Source: Paecilomyces variotii
Taxonomy: Eukaryota
Length of the DNA: 64,000 nt
Reading direction: 5' to 3' (one strand)
NCBI GenBank assembly: GCA_004022145.1
Contig: RCNU01000008.1
In this document: positions 12,554-23,800 of the stretch, in pieces
Numbering within the stretch: the first letter of the stretch is position 1
Layout of the letters: each line of letters begins with the position of its first letter
The notes under the pieces: model-generated
Databases searched by the model: none
Told to the model about the DNA's origin: nothing
Seen by the model: the letters and a program-made list of their open reading frames with translations, nothing else
Program-made: the position numbers and the translations under genes

Positions 12554-13133
12554 TTCACTGAACGATGATGGAACTTTGGAGGGCAGTTCGGTTTTCTGCG
12601 AAGACATCCTGTACATGAGACCTGTTCAGTCACCGTTAGGACGATCCTCTAGAGGTCACACACAGGGAGGATTGACCAAAGGTGTGGATAGAAATACAGA
12701 TTCAATGGACGTGGTTTCTTCATAAGCTCTTTACCATATTAAACTACTAACACCGCGACGAGAATTCTTCAATGCTTGATATGGCGGTAGTCTTACCACA
12801 CGAGCTAACTTCCAAAAACAGATGCTTGTGGTTATTCCACGAATGTTACTCAAATGATGCGAAATCTGACAAAGTGAACTAAACTAGTATGCTAAGCGGG
12901 ATTCCTCTTCCCAGCCCTTCATCGCGGTATCACTTCCTCCGTGCTGCAGAAGACTGCTCTTAACAGTCTAGACCTAGTAGAATAAATAGTCTAGGTATGA
13001 TCTATTGGAGCCCTTATGTTAAGCTCGATATGTTGGAGAAGGGGGAGAAAATGTCCAGCAGAATTGCTTAGTGAACTCTTTATTTGGTATATATATAGTA
13101 TGAATTATTTAAATCTCCAGAACTATCCACGTC

Positions 13134-14609
13134 TCAAGGAGATTTAGGAACCATCTTCAGATCCGCAAATTCGTCGATCACCTTAAAGATGGACTCGTTG
13201 CTGTCGACAAAGCCAAAGAATCCCAGCTTTTTAGCCTTGGTAGTACTATTTCGAGAATTAGTAACGGGCCTTTCTTTTTTTATTTTTTTTAATATCTCGG
13301 TACCACAACTTGGGAGAACCATACCTGAAATAAAGGGCAATTGACCACGTCATTGCAATATCAGTAAATCCGAAAACACGATCGGTATCCCACAATTCCT
13401 TCTGGCGGAGGTCATGCTTTGCTGCGATTTCCTTCCACGCCTTTTGCACTTCGGGTCTCTTGGCCCACTCGGTGAGAGTGAACTTGACCCGCTGCTTTCC
13501 CGGCGGACCGAATCCTCGCGGAGGAGGGTTGAATTTGGATTCGGACTCCCTGAAAGCAGAATCATCGAGGTCCGGTCCCTTCCATGGCATTTGGTATTTG
13601 GCTGCAAGCTTAGGCCAGAACTTGCCCCACGTAAAGGCACAGTCGTCGGTTGCGTTGAAGCTCTCGTTCTGCGCACCTGGTGTAAGAACTGCCCATTCGG
13701 CCAGATAGCAGTTCATCTGCGCCGATGACATGGTTTGTGCTGTTTCCCATGCGGTCAAGTCGGCAGGGAACTCCAGTGGTTGTCCCAGGTATTTCTGCAC
13801 AGTGGCGTAGATTGCCAGTGGCAAAACAACGTTCATTGCCGCGTCGGGAACAGCGCCAGGAACCCAGGAAGGGCGAGTTGTAACCCAGTTGCAGTTGTGC
13901 TTCTGGCAGAACTCCTTCAGGAGATCTTCCTGCGGGTAGTAGAAGTTGGGCTCGAGATGGACACGTGGGTCGGATTCTTCTTGAGGCACAGCAGTAGGTC
14001 CGAGATGGGTGCCGTAATACTTGGCACCTAGCTGAAGGAGGAAACTCTTTGGGACGGTGTCCGAGAGCACGAGGGCGTCCAGGAAGTTCTGGAGGAGAGT
14101 AGCTATACGCAGGGTGAGCATCTTCTTATAACTTTCTTTGAGAGGGAATCCGATTCGCGAATAACTTACTGTTGATCTTGACCAGCTCTTCTGCTGCGCT
14201 CCATAGATCACCGCCCTCTTTCGCCGCCGGCTGGATATACGAAAAGAAGAAGACATAGTCACTTTTGATACCCTTCTCCTTCATCTGGGCAGCCAGCGTC
14301 TCGGGGGACTTGAGGAAGTCCATCGAAACATGCTCAACATAGCTTGGCCACTCGCCGTTCGGGGGTCGGCGCGAAAGCGCGTAGATCTTCTTCCATCGCT
14401 TCGGCGACTCGCAGAGCACGCGGAGCTGTAATGACTTAGCTCGAATACACAATCATATTTATCGGACGTATTGATCATACCATATGGTCACCCGAGATGC
14501 CATTTGCACCAGTGACGATAGCAGTCAGACCAGCGACATCGTCAGAGAAGGCTGGCAGACCGTGATAAATGTTCTTCGACACAATAACCTGCTGCTGAGA
14601 AGCCGCCAT
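13134..14609 (-). CDS. PRISE-family (progesterone 5-beta-reductase/iridoid synthase-like, SirQ-like) short-chain reductase
   Basis: Spliced model with Rossmann motif AIVTGANGISG, then IYALSRRPP, LQLGAKYYG and catalytic-Tyr motif EPNFYYPQED; C-terminal TTKAKKLGFFGFVDS. Three GT-AG introns. Confidence 0.85.
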
Positions 14610-15385
14610 TTTGAATAATCCAAGTTGCAGTTAACAATCAGAAGAAGAGCTGAGGCATGTGGAGGTGTATATATACTCCGGCTCCTCTCACTACTAAATT
14701 TCTCAGTACGCTGCGGCGGGTCTCAAGAGTATTACAAATGACCCGCTAACAGCTTTCAAATGAGGGGCAAATCTGAATAGCTTACGGAGTATAGATCTTC
14801 AAGATTGGAGGATGAGGAGAGCTTAACTACCGAAGACCTGAATAGCCCCATGTATTACTGTAAGAAGATGGCTGCAGAGAACCAAACGGCTTTAATTCGG
14901 CCTGACAGGCGTCTAACTGAGATATTATTATTAATATGGAATCCCCAAAAAAAGCCCAAGCTCTTCTAGGAACCCACATTTTGAAGGCGACCGATGAAGA
15001 AGTGGATATCTATGAACGGTATCAGTTCCACCGGATCAACAGTAGTCTGCCGGGACTCGGAAAAATCAAGGTGTACGGAGTATCATACGTATTGTATGTA
15101 TGTACTTAACTTCCACCGGAAGTTGATATGTCCCACTTCCTGTTCCGGCAAGAAAGAGATGAAACTGTCATATCTACGCACATTATTATTATTATTAGAT
15201 ATTTATCAGCACGTCTTCATAACGCACACTGTGGATCCCAAAGCATAAAATTTCATGTTACATGCAATAGAGAAGAGAACGATGAGATATGCTGTGTCAT
15301 GTTCGCGATGTTCGCGATGTTCCGGATGCGACGATTGTCGATGACCCCTTCAACTCGTCCACCGCCAACTGCCTATGACTTTTGA

Positions 15386-16858
15386 CTAATCGGCTTTTCG
15401 TGCTGCGGGAATTTCGTGTTTATTCTCTGATACGCCCCCAGTCGACAGCGGCGGAGTCGATCGAGGGGGACTGTGACCAGTAAAGGGACCGATTTCCGGG
15501 TCACCCGAAATAGGCCCACGGGTAGTATCTCCATACAACATGCTGCGATGACCCGAACCCAAGGCAAATCCATATGCTTCTTCGCCGTGTATAGCGTCGT
15601 CACCGATGAGAAGCACCTCTTCCGGCATACGCAGCGGAATACGTAGGACGTATTTGATGAAGTATAATATCAACGGAGTCATGAACAAGTTCAAGCCGAT
15701 GATGAACAGCGCGCCGACGATTTGCAGCCAGACCTGTCTGCCATGTCCTTCAATGGCACCTCCCGGTGTCTTGAGAGCGAATGCCTCGCAGCCTTCTTTG
15801 GTCGCGAAGAGGCCAACAAGGAAGCCACCCAGGACGCCTGCCACGGCGTGCGTGTGGAAGACTCCTAGAGTGTCATCGACCCATCGGAACAAGGCGACTT
15901 TCTTTCCCATAACGTTCATTGAGAGCCATGGTACGCTTCCAGATAACGAACCGATAATGACAGCTCCCCAACCTGCAACGACACCTGCTGCGGGTGTAAT
16001 AGCAACTAACCCCGTGATCATGCCTTGAACGGCGCCTATCACTGCGGGTTTCCTGAAGAATATCAGGTCCAAGATTGTCCAGACCAATGTGCTCATTGCA
16101 GTTGCAATATTTGTGTTTAGCACTGCAGCTCCGGCATCGGGACTGGCGGTATATGGATCACCTCCATTGAAACCATTCCATCCCATCCAGAGAATACCCG
16201 CGCCTACCAAGACCAGCAGAATATTATTAGGTCGAGTATCTTCCCGGTCTGCTTTGAGTCGTGGACCGATGACAGCTGCACCGACGAACCCTGCTGTTCC
16301 AGACGAGAGATGGATAACATAACCACCGGAATAATCGATCACGCCTCTGGTGTATAAGAAACCACCTCCCCAAATACTAAACGCTCCCACCACATAGGAA
16401 AAAGTGAGCCATAGCGGAACGAAGACCATCCACGCCGAGAAGTTCATCCGTCCGAGGAACGAGCCCGCTATGATGACCATGGTGATGGCAGCGAATACAA
16501 ATTGGAAATAGATCATCGTCGACAGTGGATATGCCGCAGAGACGCCAGCTGCTGGTAGCACAGCATGTTGCAGTTCATACTTCATCGTAACGACCGGGCC
16601 TGGTGTGCCCACGAACGGCGCTGCACCCCATTGCTTTCCAAAGGCCATTTTGTATGCCCACACGACCCAGCAGATAAGGACGGCAGCAAAAGCGTAGAAT
16701 GCCATGAATGCCGAATTAATGGCCCATTTCTGTTTCACAATTCCTGCATAGATCGCAACGAGGCCGGGGATACTCTGGAGTGCGACCAGAGTTGCCGCTG
16801 TGAGCTGCCAGGCGTTATCGCCATTGTTCAGCCAATCTGGCGCTGTTGCAGACGACAT
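15386..16858 (-). CDS. Ammonium transporter (Amt/Mep family), plant AMT2-like type, intronless
   Basis: 490-aa single ORF, hydrophobic throughout: [55 protein letters not shown] (twin His present), [21 protein letters not shown]. Confidence 0.95.
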   Translation of the reverse strand: MSSATAPDWLNNGDNAWQLTAATLVALQSIPGLVAIYAGIVKQKWAINSAFMAFYAFAAVLICWVVWAYKMAFGKQWGAAPFVGTPGPVVTMKYELQHAVLPAAGVSAAYPLSTMIYFQFVFAAITMVIIAGSFLGRMNFSAWMVFVPLWLTFSYVVGAFSIWGGGFLYTRGVIDYSGGYVIHLSSGTAGFVGAAVIGPRLKADREDTRPNNILLVLVGAGILWMGWNGFNGGDPYTASPDAGAAVLNTNIATAMSTLVWTILDLIFFRKPAVIGAVQGMITGLVAITPAAGVVAGWGAVIIGSLSGSVPWLSMNVMGKKVALFRWVDDTLGVFHTHAVAGVLGGFLVGLFATKEGCEAFALKTPGGAIEGHGRQVWLQIVGALFIIGLNLFMTPLILYFIKYVLRIPLRMPEEVLLIGDDAIHGEEAYGFALGSGHRSMLYGDTTRGPISGDPEIGPFTGHSPPRSTPPLSTGGVSENKHEIPAARKAD

Positions 16859-17074
16859 CAGCGCCTATTCTTGTGAGAAAAGAAGCCAAGCTCTGGGGAA
16901 ATAAAGTTGCAGACAGCCAAGAGAGGGGCCCAAGAGAGACGACGGCATCCGCAGTGGATACATGTCATATACTCTATATATGACCTGCTCCTCCAAGCCA
17001 TCTCTTTTTCTCAAGGCAAACAGTCCCAAACTGTGGCGGCAATAAGCCACGTTCTCATAGAAGACTCCAACATC

Positions 17075-17594
17075 CTATCTCTAGCCAGTCACAACACGAT
17101 GTCGATCAGAAAGTCAAGATAAAGAGCATCTTTACTCTAATTAGGATTGTTTAGCCGCGGGAAGATATCAGTCGGCGCTTGCAGGGATGGCGCGGAGATC
17201 CAAACAACTTGATCGCCATCTGCCATGGCGTCCAACCGCCTATAAACATCGAGCGGCTTATCTGCAATTCAATGCCGTGACATATGATGAGGGTGTTATT
17301 GTCCTGATTATAACCAGGACCATAGTCCATATGGGGACTCAAAAGGCTGATAACTCTCCTCCCGCTATTTGCGGAGATATTCGACCAGTATACTTCTCGA
17401 CATCATTTTATCTGGCTGATATATTACATTACCTCTTTGTTCGAGTAGAGAAGGCGTGACACCAAGTAGCACAACGTGGCCCGGCCCAGTGAGTATACAA
17501 AGTAAGACCTATTATATGGGGACGTCAATATTTCAACGCGATTCCGGGGCCTTTCATGAAGAGTGTGGACGTACAATATATTGATTGGTTATCG
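17075..17594. promoter_or_regulatory. Cluster of HGATAR sites (candidate AreA/NIT2 sites) upstream of the ammonium transporter
   Basis: Six matches on either strand at 17075, 17117, 17258, 17348, 17408 and 17589, plus a TATA-like TATATA near 16975-16980. Fits the known GATA-factor control of fungal ammonium permeases. Confidence 0.55.
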
Positions 17595-18249
17595 TTACGT
17601 CCTATGCGAATGATGACCTAAAGATCGCGGTTCCCAAGAAGAATATATAAACTATAAACCGAACATTGTCATTTCCTCCCCAGTCTGCCCCAACTTATCA
17701 TAAGTATCTACACACAACGCGGCGGAGCTTAAAGCGACCGCTGCCCACCACACTTCTTGTCGCTGATACATCTGTACAAGACGTGAAATCACTAGATCCT
17801 CCACGCCAATTGGTCATCAAAGCAAAAGAAAGACTGTCCGTCTCCTTCTCATCGTTAATCCGAAGTATGGTCATCGGCGGGCATTGGGTGCCCTGGGACA
17901 CACCAGAGGTTCTGATGTCGAAGGAGAAAGACAAAACATTGGGGGAATAATAGGTAGATCGAAGCGGGAAAATAGAAGGCCCATGATTGGGAGTGAAAAA
18001 TAAGAGGAAATATAGATATAGAGAGAAATAAAGAGAAAAAAAATGGCGAAAGGGAGTTTGGGACGTGTGTTTTAGATTGACCAAATCTGGCAGACCAAGC
18101 CTGGATTGAGAAAGACTTTGCCTTCATGAACACTTGTACCTCCTTGCTTGACGCCTTGTTCCAATGATCTTGCTACCTTCTCCCTCTTCCGCGTAGCACA
18201 AGAACCATGTCGCCGACCTTCCGTTCGGGGATTTATTTGGCACTAGAGA

Positions 18250-20895
18250 TCAGTTCCAGCCAAGAGAGTTCTCAGCCATAACAGGCGCACTGATCATCTG
18301 GGTGCGGCCACTCCGTCCGCTGTGGACACTGTGAGGGGACAGTCGGCCTCCCGAGAGGAAAGCAGAGCCTGTACCTGCAGCCTCGCTCATCTGCTCATCA
18401 GCGACAGAGCTAGAGCGGCGGTGAAGCTGCTGCTTCTTCCTGTATCGCCGCGCCACAGCGAACATCGCGGCTCCGTACGCAGCCGCGCCAGCCACAACAC
18501 CGACACCGATTCCAACAGAACTTCCGCGGACGCCGCTGGAGGTGCTGCTGGCACCCGCGTCGTCGCCGCCACTGTCGCTGCCGCCATTGCTACCGCCAGA
18601 GCCGCTGTTGCTGTTGGCCACGTTATTGTTGCTGGTCGAAGACGAGCCAGACAACGCCTGTCCAGGGATAAGAGGGAAGGTCGAGTCGATCATGGACATG
18701 ATCGTATGCACAGGAGTATCTGGGTTCGAGTAGAGCCTGGAGGTGGGGTTGTGAAGTTCCAGAGAGAGCGGGTCGACCATATCCGAAGGGACGTATGCGA
18801 GGGCCAAGGTGGTAATGTATCCAAGGGTCTTTGTGCTGTCATAGGGACGGATGGATTGCATGCTAATCTGATCCGCGGGGACCTGCAGGGCATACACAAG
18901 GCCTTGCGGGACGTACATGAAGATCTGCGAGGACGACAACGGTGTCATAGCAACGAAGTCGTACGGCAGATCGCCGTTGAAGGCAAGCTGAATGAGGGTC
19001 GAGTTCTCCGGCGGGGGGGTAAAGCCTCCATTAGGAGCGATCATCTGAGGGAGAGTGGTCGGGATGCCGGTGCTGGCTGCCGTCTCAGTAGACGAAGAAT
19101 CCGAAGAAGTGGTGCTGGTCGGGACAATAATGATCGTCGATGGGACGAAAGTCGTTGCAGAATCAGTTCCAGTGGGCGCGATGCTAACAATCGGGGCCGT
19201 CGGCTTCTCCGTGACGGTAGGAGTGGGCGCCTCGACCACAGTGGACGAGGTAGGTTCCTCAGTCGACGTAGTCTCCGGCACCGTAGACACCGGTGTCACC
19301 TTAGGCGAGGGAGTAACAACGGCGCTGCTGCTCATGACAGGGGTTGAGGAGCCAGCAGCGGGAGTGATGGGCGTCTTCGAGGGCGAAACCGGAGTGCTCG
19401 CACCAGTGGGTATGACTCCAAAGGGAGGCACAATGCCCTGAGAAGAGGGCGACTTGGAGGGAGCCGGGGAGCCGAATAGGGGAGAGGATGATACCTTAGG
19501 GAACGGCAACAGTCCAGGACTAGAGGGTGAGATCTTTGGGATCGCGGCAGAGCTGATAGGAATCAAGGGAGTTGGCAGAAGGCCACCCAGGAGCCCAGAG
19601 GCACTCGGGGTGCTTGATGGCGTAGGAAGCAGACCACCCAGAAGGCCGCCCGATCCAGACACAACAGCACCAGACGATGAAGGTAGCAGACCGCCCAGAA
19701 GACCACCAGAGGAAGTAGGCAACAGACCACCCAGAAGACCACCAGAGGTAGGCAGGAGGCCACCAAGGAGGCCACCAGATGGAGTTGGAGAAGCGGCAAC
19801 AGCAGAACTAGGCGAGCCGGCGGGCGATGACGGAGATGCATTCGGAGAAGTTGGCGACGGAGTGGCAGTCGCGCTACTGTTGTTATCGCCCGTGAGACCA
19901 GAGAGCAGGTTAGGGATTGAAATGGTTGGCAGAATGTCCAGACCATCCGAAGTCGAAGCCGAAGCCGTGGGCGTCACAGATGGGCTAGCAATCACGCTGG
20001 AGGCACCAACGACAACGCCCGAGGGGGAGGCAGTTGCTGTCGTCGTTGGGCCCGCCTGGAGAGGGATCAGACCCGTAGAACCCAGCAGAGCTCCTCCAAG
20101 GCCCTCGAGCAGCCCGGAGCTGCTTGTGCTAGAGGGAGACGTAGTCGGCTGGACGACGACAGAGGGAATGCCACCAGTGGTGCCTACACCTGCGGAAGTT
20201 GCTTGAGCAGCAGCTGCTGCAGGCGTAGCTTCAACGGCTGATTGAGTAGCCTGTGCGGGAGTTCCACTGGTAGACGAGGAGCCAGTGCTGGGGTCGACCA
20301 GTCCAGACAGAGCATTACCAAGATCGCCAAGGAGGCCGGCAGATGAAGACGACGAGCTGGAAGATCCGCTTGCCGACTGAGAATCAACGATGGGAGCGGA
20401 GCTCGACAAGCTCGATGAAGTTGAAGGTTCCTCGGAGGACTCGCTCGAGGTCGATCCGCTAGAAGTGGCATCGCTGACGGGGGCTTGCGTGGGTGTCACA
20501 GCGGAAGTATGGACTGGGGCTTCAGAGGTCGTAGCGACCACGGAGGCAGCAGTCGTTGCAGCTACACCCACTGGAACGGTGCCCGTGATGTAGTGCGTGT
20601 GGCCTTCACGGTCGATGGAGACAGTAACGGGAACGACAACAACGTCAGGGGATGCAGAAGCTGCCTGACCGCCATTGCTTTTGTCGATATTCTGCATAAA
20701 GTTGTTGAGGAAATCCGAGTACATATTGTCCCTTGGCGGCAACTGTGCATTGGGCGGGTTTTTCACTTCTCTCTTGATCTCGCGGGGGATGAGATATTTC
20801 GGCTTCAATGGCGACCTGTTGGGCGCCTCGTTGGCCGCAGCCAACTCGGCTGACATGACCGACAGGCATGCCGCAAGGACCGAAACAGAGCGCAT
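18250..20895 (-). CDS. msbA: Signalling mucin Msb2/MsbA
   Basis: Signal peptide, long Ser/Thr/Pro-rich ectodomain, HMH-like domain (PPENSTLIQLAFNGDLPYDFV...SSSQIFMYVP...TTLALAYVP), one TM segment (VGIGVGVVAGAAAYGAAMFAVARRYR) and the conserved C-terminus ISAPVMAENSLGWN. Confidence 0.93.
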   Translation of the reverse strand: MRSVSVLAACLSVMSAELAAANEAPNRSPLKPKYLIPREIKREVKNPPNAQLPPRDNMYSDFLNNFMQNIDKSNGGQAASASPDVVVVPVTVSIDREGHTHYITGTVPVGVAATTAASVVATTSEAPVHTSAVTPTQAPVSDATSSGSTSSESSEEPSTSSSLSSSAPIVDSQSASGSSSSSSSSAGLLGDLGNALSGLVDPSTGSSSTSGTPAQATQSAVEATPAAAAAQATSAGVGTTGGIPSVVVQPTTSPSSTSSSGLLEGLGGALLGSTGLIPLQAGPTTTATASPSGVVVGASSVIASPSVTPTASASTSDGLDILPTISIPNLLSGLTGDNNSSATATPSPTSPNASPSSPAGSPSSAVAASPTPSGGLLGGLLPTSGGLLGGLLPTSSGGLLGGLLPSSSGAVVSGSGGLLGGLLPTPSSTPSASGLLGGLLPTPLIPISSAAIPKISPSSPGLLPFPKVSSSPLFGSPAPSKSPSSQGIVPPFGVIPTGASTPVSPSKTPITPAAGSSTPVMSSSAVVTPSPKVTPVSTVPETTSTEEPTSSTVVEAPTPTVTEKPTAPIVSIAPTGTDSATTFVPSTIIIVPTSTTSSDSSSTETAASTGIPTTLPQMIAPNGGFTPPPENSTLIQLAFNGDLPYDFVAMTPLSSSQIFMYVPQGLVYALQVPADQISMQSIRPYDSTKTLGYITTLALAYVPSDMVDPLSLELHNPTSRLYSNPDTPVHTIMSMIDSTFPLIPGQALSGSSSTSNNNVANSNSGSGGSNGGSDSGGDDAGASSTSSGVRGSSVGIGVGVVAGAAAYGAAMFAVARRYRKKQQLHRRSSSVADEQMSEAAGTGSAFLSGGRLSPHSVHSGRSGRTQMISAPVMAENSLGWN
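19568..19780 (-). repeat. Intragenic imperfect tandem repeat encoding five GLLGGLLP(T/S) units in msbA
   Basis: Translation TPSGGLLGGLLPTSGGLLGGLLPTSSGGLLGGLLPSS...GGLLGGLLPTP...SGLLGGLLPTP. Confidence 0.85.
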
Positions 20896-23800
20896 GATGA
20901 ATGATATTAACGTGTGTACTAGTAGTAAGATGGCTCAACTGGTACTGCGAATGCTTGTCAGTCAATGTCTTGTCTCAAGCATAACTGCGACGTACTGTCA
21001 AGATCGGGATAAGGAACGTGCTTGGACAAAACCCGATTAAGGAACGGCTCTGGGGAATAGGATGTCAGTCTGTGACTGCAAAGAGTGAATCCAATATTGG
21101 CCAGTCAGTTGGACATATCCAACTACCAGCGCGCACGAGTAAAACATGCAGCACCACGTCTGAAAAGAAATAACACCCAAACTCACCAGTAAAACGGGAA
21201 CTGACAATTGATATAGGATTGACGCAAGACCGGGAATCTCGCAGGCGGCAAGGAGGAAAAGGAACGGACAGAGCAATGGCGCTCACTTGCAATCCTCTAT
21301 TAATTAACGATAGCCGCGGTATCTTCTGGATCTCGAAATGGAACAATTCAGGCTTTCTAGCTGATGGAATTGGACTCGGTACGGTCGAAACAGGAGAGTC
21401 GATCGACGACTGCAATTAGTATTGCCCTTCTTCGCAGAGTGTATCGCGTTCCTTGGCCACAATATCAAAAACGAGTCCGCCCTGAGTTGTATTCGTCACG
21501 GTACACCGTCGCGGTACGGTCCTTTTCGAGGCAGGGACAAAGCCAGATAAACGAGTGGAATGGAATCTGACGAAGAAGTCGAGATCCCGATGGAATCGAA
21601 GCGAGTGTAAGTTGTAGTAAAGTAATGAGCGAACGACGAGTGCAACTAGTCAGGAGCGTCGGAAGCCGTGTCGATTGTCAACGAGGACGAACGAGCTATG
21701 AGAGAGCGACCGTGGGCATGCGGGGGATTGTCAGGTCCCAGGTTTCGTTGACGCGAACAAACAAAAAAGACAAGGCTACGTGCACGACGGCACCAGCAAA
21801 AACGAAGACATATACCGGAGTAAAAAGAGGAAGAAGAGAGAAACAAACGAAGGAGTAAGGAGGAGGCGTGGAGGCTCTGGGACTGCGGAGGTCGACGAAA
21901 GGAGGCTGTGGCAGTAAAGTAGGCGGCGTAGTGTTGGCGCCACGCACTTCGGGATCAAAGAAGAATAATAATAATGGGATGGGCTTGTTGTTTAATTTAA
22001 TTTCCTGCGAGTAACCTGGTCGAGTTACTCGAGCTCTTCTCCACCGCGGCTGGCACTATTAAGTTACCTCGCGCTACGTGGTGGGAACTGGGGGCACTTT
22101 ATGATCGCGATGATGCTCCAGGAACTATTATGGTATTATTATTAGGTCCCTGTCCCTGAAAGAATCAGTCATTCCTGCCGGTTTCATGTCCTCAACCTCG
22201 CATGGCCCAGAGGCAGTGCAACAGCTGACGGACGGAGAGAGAGAGATAGAGAGAGAGAGGACCAGACAGCGAGAGAAGTGTATCTCAGACACACGATGCT
22301 ATCTCAATCATCTTGCACAGTGCCTGAAAGACTGCTGGCTAACTGAGCAGGTGCTGCAGGAATAGGACAAAGATAGAACCCGCTGCGATCAGCATCGTCG
22401 CACTCTATCAATGCGATCGGAAACAAAGAGGCCAGTCAGATGCCGTCAGCAGGGACCAACAACTGTACTTGTCCAGGTACCAGCCTGGGCCTGCTTCATG
22501 CTAAAGCACAACGCTGCAGCAGCCGCACAAATTAACCGCTTTCTCTCTTAGGGCAGCCTACCAGGCATGAGTATGCCGCGTTATGTTGTTCTCGTGCCCA
22601 AGTGGTAAAGAGACCAAACCTCAGGGGACGCCTTTTCTCCTTCCCTCGTGCTTGGTTCTCCAGATCAGATCATCGCGAGCGTCTAGGCCTGGAGATCCTG
22701 ACTATCGAATACACAGACCACAACTAGAGGCAATCGAGCCATCCAGCCCGGATCGGCACCAAGATCCAAATGAATATTTCCCTTAGGAGTCCGTCGAGCA
22801 TGATAATGCGCCCATGCTCTCTCTATCTATCGACAACTACTCCGTACTCCGTACTCTAGAGCCCAGCGCAGAGCCTTGGCCCAGAAAGCATCGTGCTCAG
22901 ACAGAATTGCGATGGGCGTCTTTGGCAGTCTGGTCGAACCTTTTGAACTCCCTTTGATCGTCTTTTGGCCAGGAAGATGCTAGATATGGCAAGACCTCGT
23001 GAAGATCATAACGCTATGGCATCAAAGCCTTGAACTTGGCGGGTTGCAAGAGAGCGCCACTTGAGCGCCAGTTCTTTATCGGAGCCAAACGAGAAAAGGC
23101 GACCAACCTCCTTGAAGCCTCCCGTCGCGAAGTCTGCACACCCAAGGATCCAAGAACGACGGCGTGCTTTTTCCCGCCCGGTTCCTGGACGTGTCCGAAT
23201 GCAAAATCCCGTGCGCATACGCCCGCGATCCTCAGGCCGCAACATGGATCCAGCGCGCATAGACGATGGCTCCAGCAAATTAGCAGCGCCGTTTACTCTG
23301 TACTCTGAACACAGTCGAGCGCAGCGGCGAAGCAAGGCACGAGCATCGCCTCTCCGATGGCCAGCTGCAATTCCCAAACATGCCGGCATGCACCGAGGGC
23401 CTCGCGTTCCACTGCCACGCAACGCCGGCTCACCGCGCGGTGCCTGTCGTGGCCCGTGTACACAGGCGAGACGCTGGCGTCAAACAACCACTATGACGAA
23501 GATGGTCACCCATAATTAGGATGAATGTGTCTCTGACTCTCTACATAGTTACTCCGTACTTTGAGAAGCATGATTATTTGACAGATACAGTAGTTTCTAA
23601 CCACAGTGTGGAACATGTTTCCGGACACCTACATCTATATTCCGTATGATGACGAGTCGGGCGGGGGGAAGAAAAGAAAGAAAGCAAAAGCTGAACCAGA
23701 GATGACGATAGAATACACCGACACGTTGGACGATACGATGAAAGACTGGTCGATACCTATCTTTGTTTGCGATCATTTATTGAAAGCTTCGACCTGTTTT

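Noticed and set aside
8813..12860. TTAC words as possible Starship target-site direct repeats around the relic island
   Set aside because: TTAC is too short and frequent, the left copy lies inside the decayed gene, and no DUF3435 recombinase is present.
18322..20206. Long antisense ORFs (341 aa and 250 aa) opposite msbA
   Set aside because: Expected shadow ORFs of a GC-rich, low-complexity coding strand.
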